DNA of 64,000 nucleotides from Candidatus Bathyarchaeia archaeon (GCA_049512075.1 JBEKXL010000006.1:1-64000), one strand, 5' to 3'; positions 39,110 through 50,193 are shown, counted from the first letter of the stretch. Notes: generated by a model from the letters alone, not told the origin. Numbers and translations are program-made.

Positions 39110-41575
39110 TTGAAAATAGTGAATCATACTAAGACTATTGTTGCGATACTTACAGCTTTAGTGATACTGTGTTCAGCAATAATGATACCATCGCTGGCTT
39201 TTCGAAGTGGACAATCAGGCGCAGGAGCGGATTACGCCGTTTTCGAGGGCACCGCAGGTAACGACTACTATGACAGCATGCAGTATTCGTACATGGTAAA
39301 TCAATGGGCAACCAGTAATGGCCTATATAGTGCCAGAACCCCTGCACAGGATTATTTCAGTGCGGACAAGAGCCTCAGAGTTGGTTTAACGGAATACGGT
39401 GAAATGGCGACCCCAGCAAACGCTGGCATCGCATACGGAGCAGGCAACACCGAGTGGAATCTCACAGAATCTTGGTCTAGTACTAATCCTGAAATCCCTC
39501 CGCAACTCTGGATCCAAGGCTGGACTTTCTACCTAAACTACACCACACAAGGAGTGTTCAGAGCAGTAGAAGCTTGGGCGATGTACAGCAACATTTCAAC
39601 GACGGAAGGTGCAAGATCAGCCTACAGCTGGAATAGCCTTTACGACCCAAGCAGTCCCTCCGCTAATTTGACCGAAGGTACATTGACGCCTACAGGCGTG
39701 GAAATACTGTATGACAGTGCAAGGCTCGTTATTGGAAGAACAGGAACCGTAATTCATGACACGTTTTACAATGAAGATGTCGCAGAAGTTTTCATAACGG
39801 TCAACTTTTTCAAGGACGCCAAGTATGCTATAGTCTACAAGGATGTTAAGATACTGCTTCAACCGAAGATATTGGACATGATAAATGACTTCGCCTTCAG
39901 CGAAAGATACGAGCTTGACATTGCCGCGAACCTGAACCCCTCAAACGCAGCTTACATACACTACTACCATAACTCGAACAGCACTGTTTACCAGAATCCA
40001 TTAACGGGAGCAAGCAGCTATGACACATTGCAGGCTTACGATGTAGGCAAAAATTACATATTCTTTGCAGGCTATTGGCCAAACACTACCGAGTACACTG
40101 TGTACTACCCTCTGCTTCCAAATCCGGCGAGTGGCAGCCTTGATCTCCTTCCTTTCGGCACCGCTATCGCGGATATGCCCGGACCAAGCGGGACACCATC
40201 AAGTCCCAAGGAGCCTAGCACCCCATGGGTGATTGCTCAATGGCGATACAACAGCACAGCATATCCTGACCTTACTACTTGGCTTGCCAAGGGAGCACAG
40301 AGGCAATTCAGGGCCGTTGAGATCGTGGGCATGACCGACTTCAATAGTACTGATCCGCGTCCAGCTGTGGACTTCAACGAAACTGGAGCAGCGAATCAAA
40401 TTGAAACTGAAGTCAGTTACACGCTAAACCAAGTGTTCAACCCTACGGATCTTAATTCATTGAAGACTTCACCAAACCCGTTCATGTGGACTGGCCTGGG
40501 ACAAAGCGCAGCTACAACCGACAGCGCGGGCTCAAGCCTTCTTGGGGGAGCCTACGGCGCAAATGAGACGGCACTCGGACTGTTCGACAGAAACGACACA
40601 ATGTTCCCGTGGACCGGAGGAATAGGCATGCTTGGAAGCATACCCTACGGGCTAGACTCGTTCGGAGGCAACTACTACGAGACTTTCAGCAACAGCGGCA
40701 AAGCAACTGGCACGGACACGACGACGTACAAGCGAACAGGGCTTTTAGGCTTCGTCCCCGGAACCGCTGAAGAGATAGAAACCGGGGTAACGTTTCCGCC
40801 TCAACCGGTGGCAGGAGGCTTTGACTATGACAACGACACATGGTACCCATCGATAGATCCGCTAAACCTAACATGGAGCTATTCTCCCTATGTACTGGCT
40901 CCAACCGTAAGTTACCATCCAAATGGCATACTCAGCTTGGGCGGTCCGAAGGCCAACGGCTTGACAAGATATTTCAACGACTTCGGCTTCGCGATTTCCC
41001 GAGAAGGCACAAGTGGCAGTTACTACGCTCTGGTAAATGGAGGCACAGTTGCAGGAACAGCACCGACAAGTGATCCTAGCTTGTTGTCACTCGACTATTT
41101 CCCCGTCTCAACGTGGAACGTGGGCACTACGCACTTCGGCTACGGTGCAAACTATGCCGTCATCAGCTTGGTCAAAGATGTCAACGGAACACGCGGCTTA
41201 TCCATATACGGCTGGAATGGAAGAGACACCTACTGGGCTGCGACCTGGGCTTCTCAATACCTTCTCGGAAACACCACATTATCGAGTGCGGGCCTACCAT
41301 CAGGAACAGTTGCTCTGATACTTCAAATGACATACGGAGGACCAAACATGGAACCGTCAGCGTTCACGGTGGTCAAAGCCTTAGGAACAATCACAGAATT
41401 CGGCACTAATGCTTACGTCACCTTCAGCGGCAGCCAACCATTTGATCAGAACCACGCATTGACATGGACCAATGAGTTGGTTACGCCAGCATCGCTGCCA
41501 ATAATCGGTCCAGTGCACGTTTGGTGGTATCAGAAGCTTCCGACGATATCCACAGCAAAGGTAGACTTCAACTAA
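39110..41575 (+). CDS. Secreted S-layer-like glycoprotein
   Basis: Signal peptide, many N-x-S/T sequons, SLGGPKANGLT...IYGWNGRDTYWAA resembling the archaeal S-layer C-terminal domain. Confidence 0.6.
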   Translation: MKIVNHTKTIVAILTALVILCSAIMIPSLAFRSGQSGAGADYAVFEGTAGNDYYDSMQYSYMVNQWATSNGLYSARTPAQDYFSADKSLRVGLTEYGEMATPANAGIAYGAGNTEWNLTESWSSTNPEIPPQLWIQGWTFYLNYTTQGVFRAVEAWAMYSNISTTEGARSAYSWNSLYDPSSPSANLTEGTLTPTGVEILYDSARLVIGRTGTVIHDTFYNEDVAEVFITVNFFKDAKYAIVYKDVKILLQPKILDMINDFAFSERYELDIAANLNPSNAAYIHYYHNSNSTVYQNPLTGASSYDTLQAYDVGKNYIFFAGYWPNTTEYTVYYPLLPNPASGSLDLLPFGTAIADMPGPSGTPSSPKEPSTPWVIAQWRYNSTAYPDLTTWLAKGAQRQFRAVEIVGMTDFNSTDPRPAVDFNETGAANQIETEVSYTLNQVFNPTDLNSLKTSPNPFMWTGLGQSAATTDSAGSSLLGGAYGANETALGLFDRNDTMFPWTGGIGMLGSIPYGLDSFGGNYYETFSNSGKATGTDTTTYKRTGLLGFVPGTAEEIETGVTFPPQPVAGGFDYDNDTWYPSIDPLNLTWSYSPYVLAPTVSYHPNGILSLGGPKANGLTRYFNDFGFAISREGTSGSYYALVNGGTVAGTAPTSDPSLLSLDYFPVSTWNVGTTHFGYGANYAVISLVKDVNGTRGLSIYGWNGRDTYWAATWASQYLLGNTTLSSAGLPSGTVALILQMTYGGPNMEPSAFTVVKALGTITEFGTNAYVTFSGSQPFDQNHALTWTNELVTPASLPIIGPVHVWWYQKLPTISTAKVDFN

Positions 41576-41583
41576 ACGCAAAT

Positions 41584-41613
41584 CCTCTTTTCTTTCTTTT
41601 TTCCATATTTTTT
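41584..41613 (+). terminator. Pyrimidine/oligo-T terminator after S-layer-like gene
   Basis: cctcttttctttcttttttccatatttttt just after the stop codon. Confidence 0.7.
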
Positions 41614-41641
41614 GTGAAACCTAACAGATTGGTGTGAACTT

Positions 41642-42820
41642 TTGAAAATCAGGTTCTATCTTGTCGCAATATCGTTACTGTTGGCTCTCTGCCTCGTGCT
41701 ACCAGTATACGCAAACGCGTTCAGGATGATGGAAGGTGACGTGCTGCAATACGAGTATGAGAGAGTAGGCTCAACGGGCGGAGGCCAGACTGGTAACGTA
41801 ACATTCACCGTCACGAGTCTCAACCAGACAATGGTTACTCTACAAGTCAACGGAACAAGTGGCCCTGAGGAAGGTCCTCTTCACATAAAATACGATGGCG
41901 GAATTCCAGTATATGCCGACCTCCTGGAAGCACTTGTATACCTGCCTTCAGAATGCTTGGCCAGAAGCTTGCAAGGCAAGCTGGACTGGATAATGCATTT
42001 GGAATTTGGCACCTTGGCAACTGTGGCCAACGAAACAAGCCAGACTCAGAGCTTCACGGTCGCGGCAGGCTCCTTCAAAACCATCAATCTGACCCTGAGC
42101 TTGGTAGGCTGGGAATACGGGACTTTAGACCTCATCTACAGCGTAGACTCGGGCATACTAGTGTATGAAAGTTGGGTCCCGAGCCCGTATGGAGACATGA
42201 TCGTACAAGAATTAACCTCACTGACCTATCCTTTCTCCGCAAAGCGAACATTGCTTGACATTGCACTGCCAACAGCAACCCTTGTCCTTCCAGCAGGCAC
42301 CGCAATTGACGGGACACGCAGGGCTTTGCACAAGCTGAGATTGCGAAAACATAGGGCATCGATGAGGAATGAACAGTCTCAGAACAGCCCTCAAAAAACC
42401 TCGTTCTACATGAGTCTCACAGGGGCGTTATTGATTCTGGCGTCTGTCTTATTGCCGTGGTCTCAACTCATGGAATCTCAAGTATACCTGCCATCGAGTC
42501 TTCCAGTGTTACTAGGAGCATCATCATTGTTTTCAATATCAACGTTTACTTTTGTTATGACAAGTCTACTGGCTCATGCGACTGCCATTCTGGTTTGGCT
42601 GGGGATTGTTTTGGAAATTTACGCTAAGAGAAAACCTGTGTTGCAGCTGGTAATAGTGGCTTCTGCCTTGGTTGGATTCGCCTCGGCCCTGGTTTTGGTT
42701 CAGGCGGGATGGTCCTTGTCGTGGGGATCGTTAATTGTCATAGCAGGGGGAGTCTTGGTGCTTGTAAGTGCATTTGCTGGGTGGGACAAAAGGAACATAA
42801 CGAGGCTAAAAAGGTCGTAG
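41642..42820 (+). CDS. Hypothetical membrane protein (secreted beta domain plus C-terminal TM bundle)
   Basis: Signal peptide, beta-rich ectodomain, four to five hydrophobic segments. Confidence 0.65.
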   Translation: MKIRFYLVAISLLLALCLVLPVYANAFRMMEGDVLQYEYERVGSTGGGQTGNVTFTVTSLNQTMVTLQVNGTSGPEEGPLHIKYDGGIPVYADLLEALVYLPSECLARSLQGKLDWIMHLEFGTLATVANETSQTQSFTVAAGSFKTINLTLSLVGWEYGTLDLIYSVDSGILVYESWVPSPYGDMIVQELTSLTYPFSAKRTLLDIALPTATLVLPAGTAIDGTRRALHKLRLRKHRASMRNEQSQNSPQKTSFYMSLTGALLILASVLLPWSQLMESQVYLPSSLPVLLGASSLFSISTFTFVMTSLLAHATAILVWLGIVLEIYAKRKPVLQLVIVASALVGFASALVLVQAGWSLSWGSLIVIAGGVLVLVSAFAGWDKRNITRLKRS

Positions 42821-42899
42821 GCACGGTTTCATACCCGTATTAGGTCCTCTTACTATATTGTTCAGAGTGGGGGACACAAGAGGGACAGAATATTAGTAG

Positions 42900-43109
42900 C
42901 GCGCATGCTTGTTCCTAAATTGGTGTAAAATGGTTTTTGTTCTTCTTTTGCCTATCTGCGTTTGATTTGGACTGCTTGATAGTGGGTCTTGGCTGTGTTG
43001 AGACGGACAGTGCAAGAAGGTCAAAGACAGATGTGCGCCTCAAAACTGCCTCCAAAGCCCTAAAAAGAATAAATACCATTTTTAACCATTTTAGGAACAC
43101 GCATGCGCG
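42900..43109. mobile_element. MITE-like element bounded by 35-bp imperfect inverted repeats
   Basis: 42900-42934 cgcgcatgcttgttcctaaattggtgtaaaatggt vs reverse complement of 43075-43109 cgcgcatgcgtgttcctaaaatggttaaaaatggt (4 mismatches). Confidence 0.5.
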
Positions 43110-43338
43110 TTAATTTTCGCGCAGACAGGATGGGCAGTATTATTAGGGCAGTCAGTTACGGCCTCATGTGGGGCTATTATGACAGCCGGTATTGCTCCTC
43201 TAGCATACTGGCGGTTTGCCCTGAAGGACTGGCTCTTAAACAACAAGGTAAAGGCGCTTTCAATAGAGGGCGTGCTCAAGATCGCAAAGATTTAATTTAA
43301 GAACAATGAGATAAGACCACGTCCTAAGGAGGGAATTA

Positions 43339-44643
43339 GTGAGAGCGAAAGAAGCACCTGCGTGTTGCCTCCTTCTCCTACTTGTCTTTACATCATCCGC
43401 TGTGCGAGTGAGCGCCAGTTTTCACCCTAAGTTTGTGAGTCTCTTAATAATTCTCGATCAGCCTGGATATTTTGAAGAATTGAAATCGTGGCTAGATGAT
43501 GTTAATTTTCATAATTTCACTTTTGCAGTGTGGACGGAATCTTGGTACGGAACGAACCTCAGTGATTACTGGCTACTAAACTCTACAAGGCTTAATACTC
43601 TAAAAGAGTATGGAATACTAATCCCCGAGACTTTCTGGGTGCAGCAACATGAACCCTCAGAACGCCGCACCATAATAGACAAGTTGATCGATAATTGGAA
43701 GAATATCGTGGGTTACGCTCCGAAGGGGATATTTGATTTTCAGCCAGATACGTACACAGTGAATTACTGTGAGACAAAAGGCATAGAGTATGTAGTTGGA
43801 TATTGCTTTGACCAGTATGCAGTGGACTGGATGACGGAAAGGGGGGGATGGCAATTACCCTATTATGCCTCTCAGGACCATGTCCTGATACCAAACGACC
43901 AGGGTCCGCAGGGAATTGTTGTTCTCCCTCATCAAGTGTGGGATTGGGCTAGCAGTTTTACGGTAACACATAATTTAGACACTCATCCACTGTCCCTCAT
44001 ATCGTTTTTTGAAGGAAATACAAGTCTAGCTGAAGATTATTTCCTTAATCTCATTGACAGGTCTCTTGAAGCTGAACCTTTTGGATTCGCGTCCGTGCAA
44101 TTCGAATGGGTTTTGCATTGCAAGCATAACGTGCAGAACTACGTTAAAGACTGGATTAAGACACTGCTTTCCACAAGAAACTACGATTTCTGGACCTGCG
44201 AAGATTTCAGCAGATGGTTCAAGAGTGAATATGAGACTACTCCCAGCTACTCGCTCAATTTCAAGTCGCCCTACGACGGCCAAGAAATCGAGTGGTACTA
44301 TTGTCAAGGTTTTCGAATAGCGAGGATTGGCGACAAAGTGGTAAGCTACATTGAATACAACAAACAGAAACCTGACAAGTTTCTGGCCACCACGTTTGCC
44401 CCGAACTCCACTTTGTCTCCACACTTGGTGGACAACTGTATTGATGACAGTTTAACTTTCGAGATAGATGGCTTAGGAGGTGGACAGTACCGAAGTCCAA
44501 TACATGACAGCGGAGTTACGTATACCGGTGAGCTACGCGAATTCCCACTTCATTACATACCTGAAATACCCTCTCCGATTCCGTTAATCGCAGTTCTTCT
44601 ATTAATCTGGATCACGTTGTTGTTCCGTCTCTTGAAAGGATAA
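43339..44643 (+). CDS. Secreted glycoside hydrolase/deacetylase-like barrel protein with PEF-CTERM-like tail
   Basis: Signal peptide; ERRTIIDKLIDNWKNIVGYAPK resembles GH57/deacetylase fold; ends IPEIPSP-TM-RLLKG. Confidence 0.5.
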   Translation: MRAKEAPACCLLLLLVFTSSAVRVSASFHPKFVSLLIILDQPGYFEELKSWLDDVNFHNFTFAVWTESWYGTNLSDYWLLNSTRLNTLKEYGILIPETFWVQQHEPSERRTIIDKLIDNWKNIVGYAPKGIFDFQPDTYTVNYCETKGIEYVVGYCFDQYAVDWMTERGGWQLPYYASQDHVLIPNDQGPQGIVVLPHQVWDWASSFTVTHNLDTHPLSLISFFEGNTSLAEDYFLNLIDRSLEAEPFGFASVQFEWVLHCKHNVQNYVKDWIKTLLSTRNYDFWTCEDFSRWFKSEYETTPSYSLNFKSPYDGQEIEWYYCQGFRIARIGDKVVSYIEYNKQKPDKFLATTFAPNSTLSPHLVDNCIDDSLTFEIDGLGGGQYRSPIHDSGVTYTGELREFPLHYIPEIPSPIPLIAVLLLIWITLLFRLLKG

Positions 44644-44970
44644 ATGAGCACTAAACCTCGCTAGGCTAACGTACTATTTCGCCAACCAACCAAAGATTAC
44701 CAGACACTAGAATTTCCAACAAACCTTACAACCTAGTCAGGTTTATTGCAAAATGGAGCCTCTGCCAAGTGTCCTTGGAAAACCTTATGTTCCACGTAGT
44801 AACATATGCCAAGATTCTTTCGCAGTTTCTGGGAATGCTCAGCATCAGATACCTTATCTGGAAAAGAGCATCATGTCGCGTGCTTAGCGTCAGTGCTTAT
44901 GCGCGAGACAAAAACAACATTGCGCCCAAAAAACCTTGCGCGCACTCCAGTTTCCGTCAGATAGCACGGT

Positions 44971-45711
44971 TTACTCGTTCTTCTTTATGAGTTCCAAAAC
45001 GTTCCAGACTACTTTTCTAGGCTGCGTTCTCGGCGTCTTCAGATGTTTTTTGCATACAACGACTATTTTTTCTGCTAGTCGAGGAAAACATTTCGCTAGC
45101 CATTGCGAAATTCTATCTTCGGATGGATAGATGTACGTTCCTGTAACGCCTGACATTTCAAATCCGAAATTCACCAGAATGTTCTTAATTATTCGAAGAG
45201 TGTAGTCCCTTACGTGAGGAGACTTATAACGAGCGGAATACCTTGGTGGCAGGTCAAATAGGATTTGCATTAGCCAAGAAACGGGCTGGTTCACGTTTGG
45301 GAACGTCAGAATGAAAGTTCCCCCCAATCTCAATATTCTGTGTATTTCTTGCAAGAGATTGTCTGCATCAAGCAAGTGCTCAATAGTTTCAGAGCAGATT
45401 ACCAAATCAAAGAAATCATTCGCGAATGGCAGCCTTTCGCTTTCTAGGTCTATGCGCCAGGTTCTTATTCCTTTTGTTCGTGCTTTCTTCAGCTGGGGTT
45501 CAGAGATGTCCACCCCATAGCACTGTTGAGACTTACAGAATGGTTCGAGTAGGCTTCCATCACCACATCCCACGTCCAAGACTTTGCATCTATTGTCGCT
45601 TAACAATACCTTTGCGATTTCTCTGACTCTTAGATCTTTCAGTTCAACTGTTCTTCGAGGCACGCCTTTGCCGTAGATGTTCTCTTGAAAAGTGGGCGAA
45701 GGCCTCTTCAT
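44971..45711 (-). CDS. Class I SAM-dependent methyltransferase
   Basis: VLDVGCGDG, GVDIS, FDLVICSETIEHL. Confidence 0.9.
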   Translation of the reverse strand: MKRPSPTFQENIYGKGVPRRTVELKDLRVREIAKVLLSDNRCKVLDVGCGDGSLLEPFCKSQQCYGVDISEPQLKKARTKGIRTWRIDLESERLPFANDFFDLVICSETIEHLLDADNLLQEIHRILRLGGTFILTFPNVNQPVSWLMQILFDLPPRYSARYKSPHVRDYTLRIIKNILVNFGFEMSGVTGTYIYPSEDRISQWLAKCFPRLAEKIVVVCKKHLKTPRTQPRKVVWNVLELIKKNE

Positions 45712-45857
45712 AACTCAACCACGCATTCGTGCATATTGCCACATCGCTGGCATTTAATATATAGCTTGTACTGAATGGTAAAATGGGTTAAATAAGCTTC
45801 GAGAATAAGCAAAAAAGCACGCACGACAAAAGTCAGTAGATCATCGATGCCTAAGAG

Positions 45858-48191
45858 ATGGTAGTTAAAGGTGTTAGATTGGGGAAATTGAAGAAAGCAC
45901 TGTGTTCGAGACGAGCTGAAATAGTGATACTTGTCTTTTTGTTCTTGTTCAGTTTGCGTGTGATTAATTGGTTTGAGTATCCATACGTAATGGTTACCGG
46001 GGATCTTCGTCCACCGCTAGTTCAAGAAGCATTTAACAAGCGTATCATCTATACTTGGGATGAGACGGACTTTGGAATGCCCTCAGTCTATCCGCCCAGA
46101 ATTCTCATTCCGTCCTACTTCTTTGTTACGGTCTTCCAGAATCTTGGCATGGATTTGTTTTCATCACAATTGACAGCAGTTTTCTTGATGTACTTTGTCG
46201 CATGCATACTGATGTATGTCTACGTTAAACAACTCACTGATGGCGACATCATAGCAGCTTTCATCGCAGCACTTTTTCTAACTTCAAACATTTATCTAGT
46301 ATCAGATAGAGAGCAAACAGCGATAGGATTCATCGATACGATATTGATGATTTTGCCCTTCCTCGTCGCTTTCACAGAGGGCATCAAGAAAAAATCGTAT
46401 GCTATGTTAACGCTTTCTGGGGTATTGTTCGTTTTAAGCTATGGGGCATTTCCCAACTATCGCACAACGTTCTTATGTTTTGTTACCGCAATACTCACGC
46501 TTCTTTTCATCTATATGCAAAATGGGTTGAATGTCAATCATGAAAAGAATAGGATTTCAGGGTTCTTGAATATCTCTCTCAATACGGACTTAATGCGCGA
46601 TTATCTGAAGTACTTAATAGTATCCGTCTTGGCCGTTCTTCTCGCCTCAATATGGATTATCGTTATGGTCTCAGCAAATTTCCACTATCTTATCCTAAGT
46701 TATGGCCAAATGGCGTCAACGGTTTCTGTTCTTAAATACATTCAAATCCATGATATATTAAGGCTCATTGGAAAATGGGGGTTCTACTCGGGTGCCTTTG
46801 GGAGTCCCTATGTTCCTTATGCAGATGTCTACTTGCATAATCCTTTGTTGATAGTGTTGTCGTATCTCCCCCCAATCCTAGCGTTTGCAAGCGTGCTTGC
46901 CCCCAAATCACGTAGACTAACTGTCTATTTCAGTGCAATAGCGTTTCTCTCTTTGATTCTGGTAAGCGCCGCCATACCTGAGCTGTATTCTGCATTTGTG
47001 TCTTACTTCCCTTTGATGATAGCGTTCAGAGAGTCTGCTCAATGGCTGTTTTTCACTATACTCTCTTATAGCATTTTGATTGGCGTTGTCTCCTCCCTCT
47101 TGTATCACAGATTTAGAAAAAAGGTATTCCAGATAATCACACTGAGTTTAGTAGTAATACTTCTGTTTTCTTCGTCGTATCCTTTGGCAACAGGCGATGT
47201 GACAAGAAATTGGCTAGACCCCAATATTAAAGGTTCATTTTTCCCAAATTCCTATGCTGAACTCAATGATGCACTTTCTAACAAATACTGGACACTTTTG
47301 CTCCCCCAACGGGCTACCTATGTCGTCTACAACTTCACCGAGGGCCCGCTTGCTTGTGGAAATCCTTACCCACTTATTTTTTCAAAACCCATAGTAACCG
47401 GAACCGGAACGGAATACGTGTCACCTTCGAACTTGGATCTGATAGGTGAAATTTATGGATTGATACAAACAAATATCGAAGGTTCTGATGGGGTTCCCAA
47501 ATTCTTAGGCATGGTTGGAATCGAGCATCTTGTACTGGAGAAGGATATGATATTTGGCAACGCAAGTTCAGTGAATGAAGTTGAGCTGACGCAGAACGAG
47601 CGACTCATCTTGGCAAAAGAATGGGATGAGATTGCACTGATTAATAACACACATGCATTGGAGAGATTCTACGTAGCCGACAACATCCTGAACTACTCGA
47701 CTCTCGATGAGATGTATCAAGTCACAAAAAACACCGAGTGGACGACATTGCAACGTTCAGTGTTCTTCAATTCAACTTCTGCCTACTACTTGGCAGACAA
47801 AGCGTTAACACTGCCGGAAAATTTTGTCTGGGAAGAACCATCTCCAACGAACTATGAAGTACATGTTAAATCGGCCGGTGCCTTTCTTCTGGCATTTCTA
47901 GAAAGCTATGATGAACACTGGAAGGTATTCGTGAACGGGAATCCCGTGTCTGAAAAAAACCATCAAGAAGTGAACGCTTTTGCCAACTGCTGGCTAATAG
48001 ATCAGACAGGAGACCTTGCAATATCGATCCAATATGAAACACAAAACCTTTTTTTGGTATCCGTAGTTGCTTCTCTAGTTCTTCCTGCACTGTTATTAGC
48101 ATTCTTGAGCAGAAAAGAGCTAAAGAGAATCCGTTGCCTGCTCTGTCACAAACTCAGATCAATTAAAGTGAATTCGAAACAGAAAATGTGA
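45858..48191 (+). CDS. Large polytopic membrane protein, GT-C/YfhO-like
   Basis: About a dozen TM segments; C-terminal FLESYDEHWK...HQEVNAFANCW motif; adjacent to glycosyltransferases. Confidence 0.6.
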   Translation: MVVKGVRLGKLKKALCSRRAEIVILVFLFLFSLRVINWFEYPYVMVTGDLRPPLVQEAFNKRIIYTWDETDFGMPSVYPPRILIPSYFFVTVFQNLGMDLFSSQLTAVFLMYFVACILMYVYVKQLTDGDIIAAFIAALFLTSNIYLVSDREQTAIGFIDTILMILPFLVAFTEGIKKKSYAMLTLSGVLFVLSYGAFPNYRTTFLCFVTAILTLLFIYMQNGLNVNHEKNRISGFLNISLNTDLMRDYLKYLIVSVLAVLLASIWIIVMVSANFHYLILSYGQMASTVSVLKYIQIHDILRLIGKWGFYSGAFGSPYVPYADVYLHNPLLIVLSYLPPILAFASVLAPKSRRLTVYFSAIAFLSLILVSAAIPELYSAFVSYFPLMIAFRESAQWLFFTILSYSILIGVVSSLLYHRFRKKVFQIITLSLVVILLFSSSYPLATGDVTRNWLDPNIKGSFFPNSYAELNDALSNKYWTLLLPQRATYVVYNFTEGPLACGNPYPLIFSKPIVTGTGTEYVSPSNLDLIGEIYGLIQTNIEGSDGVPKFLGMVGIEHLVLEKDMIFGNASSVNEVELTQNERLILAKEWDEIALINNTHALERFYVADNILNYSTLDEMYQVTKNTEWTTLQRSVFFNSTSAYYLADKALTLPENFVWEEPSPTNYEVHVKSAGAFLLAFLESYDEHWKVFVNGNPVSEKNHQEVNAFANCWLIDQTGDLAISIQYETQNLFLVSVVASLVLPALLLAFLSRKELKRIRCLLCHKLRSIKVNSKQKM

Positions 48192-48217
48192 AAGGTTTCC
48201 AAGCACAGCTTTCGTGG

Positions 48218-49057
48218 TTACAACTCCAGTTTGGAATAAATCAGACCCGAAGTTGTCGCAAAATATTCTAGATTTTTCAAGAGAGTTACACCGAATGCTA
48301 GCTTCGGCCTACTTAAAAAGTTTCTCCAGTTTTTCAAGAAAAGTGAAGACCTGAACCATACACTTGTTTGCACGGCTGAATAATCATTGTACTTTTGCCT
48401 GTACAAATGACTGGTCTTGCCATAGTAGAACTTCTTCCTAAGCCACGTCGCAAGCAGGAAATCTTCTTCATGATGAAGTATCGCCGATTTAATGCGTGGA
48501 AATGTACCCTGCTTTTTTCTTTGAATCTTATAAGGTAAAGTGGATTCCTCAAAGAAAATCAGTCCTTCTTCGAACCCTCCAACTTCTTTGGCAAGCCTTG
48601 CCGGAAAGAACCTTGCAGATTCAACGATAGATCCACAGTAAAAGCTTCTCTCAAAGTCCCGGACCTTCACCCAAAAGCTGTTCCCGACAGAGCGTTCAGG
48701 TATTACGATTCCTACCGCGTGCGGATCCTCCATAACAAGCTCAACGCACTCACTTATCACGTTGCGCGTAAGTTCCATATCCGAGTCAGCAAAGAGCAAG
48801 TATTGTCCTGACGAATGTTTTATTCCTTCGTTCTTTGCCTCGGCTCTCCCTCTTCTGGGGTTTTTTATCACATTGCATTTGTATTTCTTGGCAGTTTGAA
48901 GAGTGTTGTCCGTGGAGCCATCATCGGTAATGATGACTTCTACGTTTTTCCATGTTTGGTTTTTTAATGATTCAAGGCATTTTACCAGAAATCTGTCAGA
49001 GTTATAGGTTGGAATTATAACAGAAACGAGTGGTTGTTCTGTGCCGTTTTTCTGCAT
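48218..49057 (-). CDS. Glycosyltransferase family 2
   Basis: VSVIIPTYN, DDGSTD, FADSD. Confidence 0.92.
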   Translation of the reverse strand: MQKNGTEQPLVSVIIPTYNSDRFLVKCLESLKNQTWKNVEVIITDDGSTDNTLQTAKKYKCNVIKNPRRGRAEAKNEGIKHSSGQYLLFADSDMELTRNVISECVELVMEDPHAVGIVIPERSVGNSFWVKVRDFERSFYCGSIVESARFFPARLAKEVGGFEEGLIFFEESTLPYKIQRKKQGTFPRIKSAILHHEEDFLLATWLRKKFYYGKTSHLYRQKYNDYSAVQTSVWFRSSLFLKNWRNFLSRPKLAFGVTLLKNLEYFATTSGLIYSKLEL

Positions 49058-49068
49058 TCGAATTCACG

Positions 49069-50160
49069 TCAAGCGGCTTTAATGACATTCAGGAACTCGT
49101 CAGCTACTTTATCCCAACTGAAACTCCTAGAATATGCCAAGGCATTTTCCGAAAGCTTGACCCTCAAAGCCTTACTCGTCAAAACCTGAGAGATCGCTTC
49201 TTCCAAAGCCTCTATGTCGCCTGATTTAACCAGAAGCCCCGTTTCGTTATTAATAACTGCGTCTCTGAGGCCAGCAACATCATAAGCAACGCATGGTACG
49301 CCCAAAGCGTTGGCCTCAATCACGTTCAAACCGAAGCCTTCCCTGACACTTGGATTAACCAAGACCCAAGCCTTCTTGATAAGCTCCCTCCTTTCTTCAT
49401 TCGGGACAGACCCAAAAAACCTAACGCCTTCAACGGAAGTTCTCATCAACTTTTCGCTGAAGCTACCATCTCCAATCATCCAAAGCTCTGCTTCAGGAAT
49501 CTTGTTCTTAACAATCTTAAACGCCTTGATTGCATGATCAGGCCGTTTTGCTCTCTTCAGGCGGCCTGCAAAAACCACGACAGGATGAGCATCTTTCTCA
49601 TCCACTTTTTCCAATGGCTTGAAATTTAAGCCCTCGCCGACTACAAAAACTCTGCTGAACCCTAAGTCAACCAAATCTTTCCTGCTGCTCTCCGAGACAG
49701 TCACCGTCGGAATCGTCCTATAATTCTTCAACCATCTCTCCTCGAGAAAATAATAGCCCAAGTAGCCTATTGGAAACGGAGTCTCATAAAACCAATATTC
49801 TCTAGCTAGTTGGTGTATCAAAGCTGTGATTCTCTCTCCTTTCTTAACGAATTTTGGGGTCATGAAAGGCTCTGTGTTGATTTCGTCGATAACGACGTCA
49901 TATTGCTCTTTTGAAAAGAACCTGTTGTAATATTCTCTTGCTTTCCAATAGACAGAATATCTTCCACCATTCCGGATGATGTCAACTCCGTCATCAGCTT
50001 CATTTCCCTTGCTACCTCTAAACTTGGCAGTAAACAAAGTGACTTTGTGCCCAGCCGCAGCCCACCTCTTGAGGACCTCACGGGTGAAAACCTCTGCTCC
50101 GCCCATCTCAGGGTTCATCCAGCATCGCCAATTGAAAACTAAAATTTTGAGTCTCTGCAT
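49069..50160 (-). CDS. Glycosyltransferase family 4
   Basis: GGAE, FAGRLKRAKR, EGFGLNVIEANALG. Confidence 0.92.
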   Translation of the reverse strand: MQRLKILVFNWRCWMNPEMGGAEVFTREVLKRWAAAGHKVTLFTAKFRGSKGNEADDGVDIIRNGGRYSVYWKAREYYNRFFSKEQYDVVIDEINTEPFMTPKFVKKGERITALIHQLAREYWFYETPFPIGYLGYYFLEERWLKNYRTIPTVTVSESSRKDLVDLGFSRVFVVGEGLNFKPLEKVDEKDAHPVVVFAGRLKRAKRPDHAIKAFKIVKNKIPEAELWMIGDGSFSEKLMRTSVEGVRFFGSVPNEERRELIKKAWVLVNPSVREGFGLNVIEANALGVPCVAYDVAGLRDAVINNETGLLVKSGDIEALEEAISQVLTSKALRVKLSENALAYSRSFSWDKVADEFLNVIKAA

Positions 50161-50193
50161 CCATTCTCAGACCGCAATATACGCTGAACTGAA

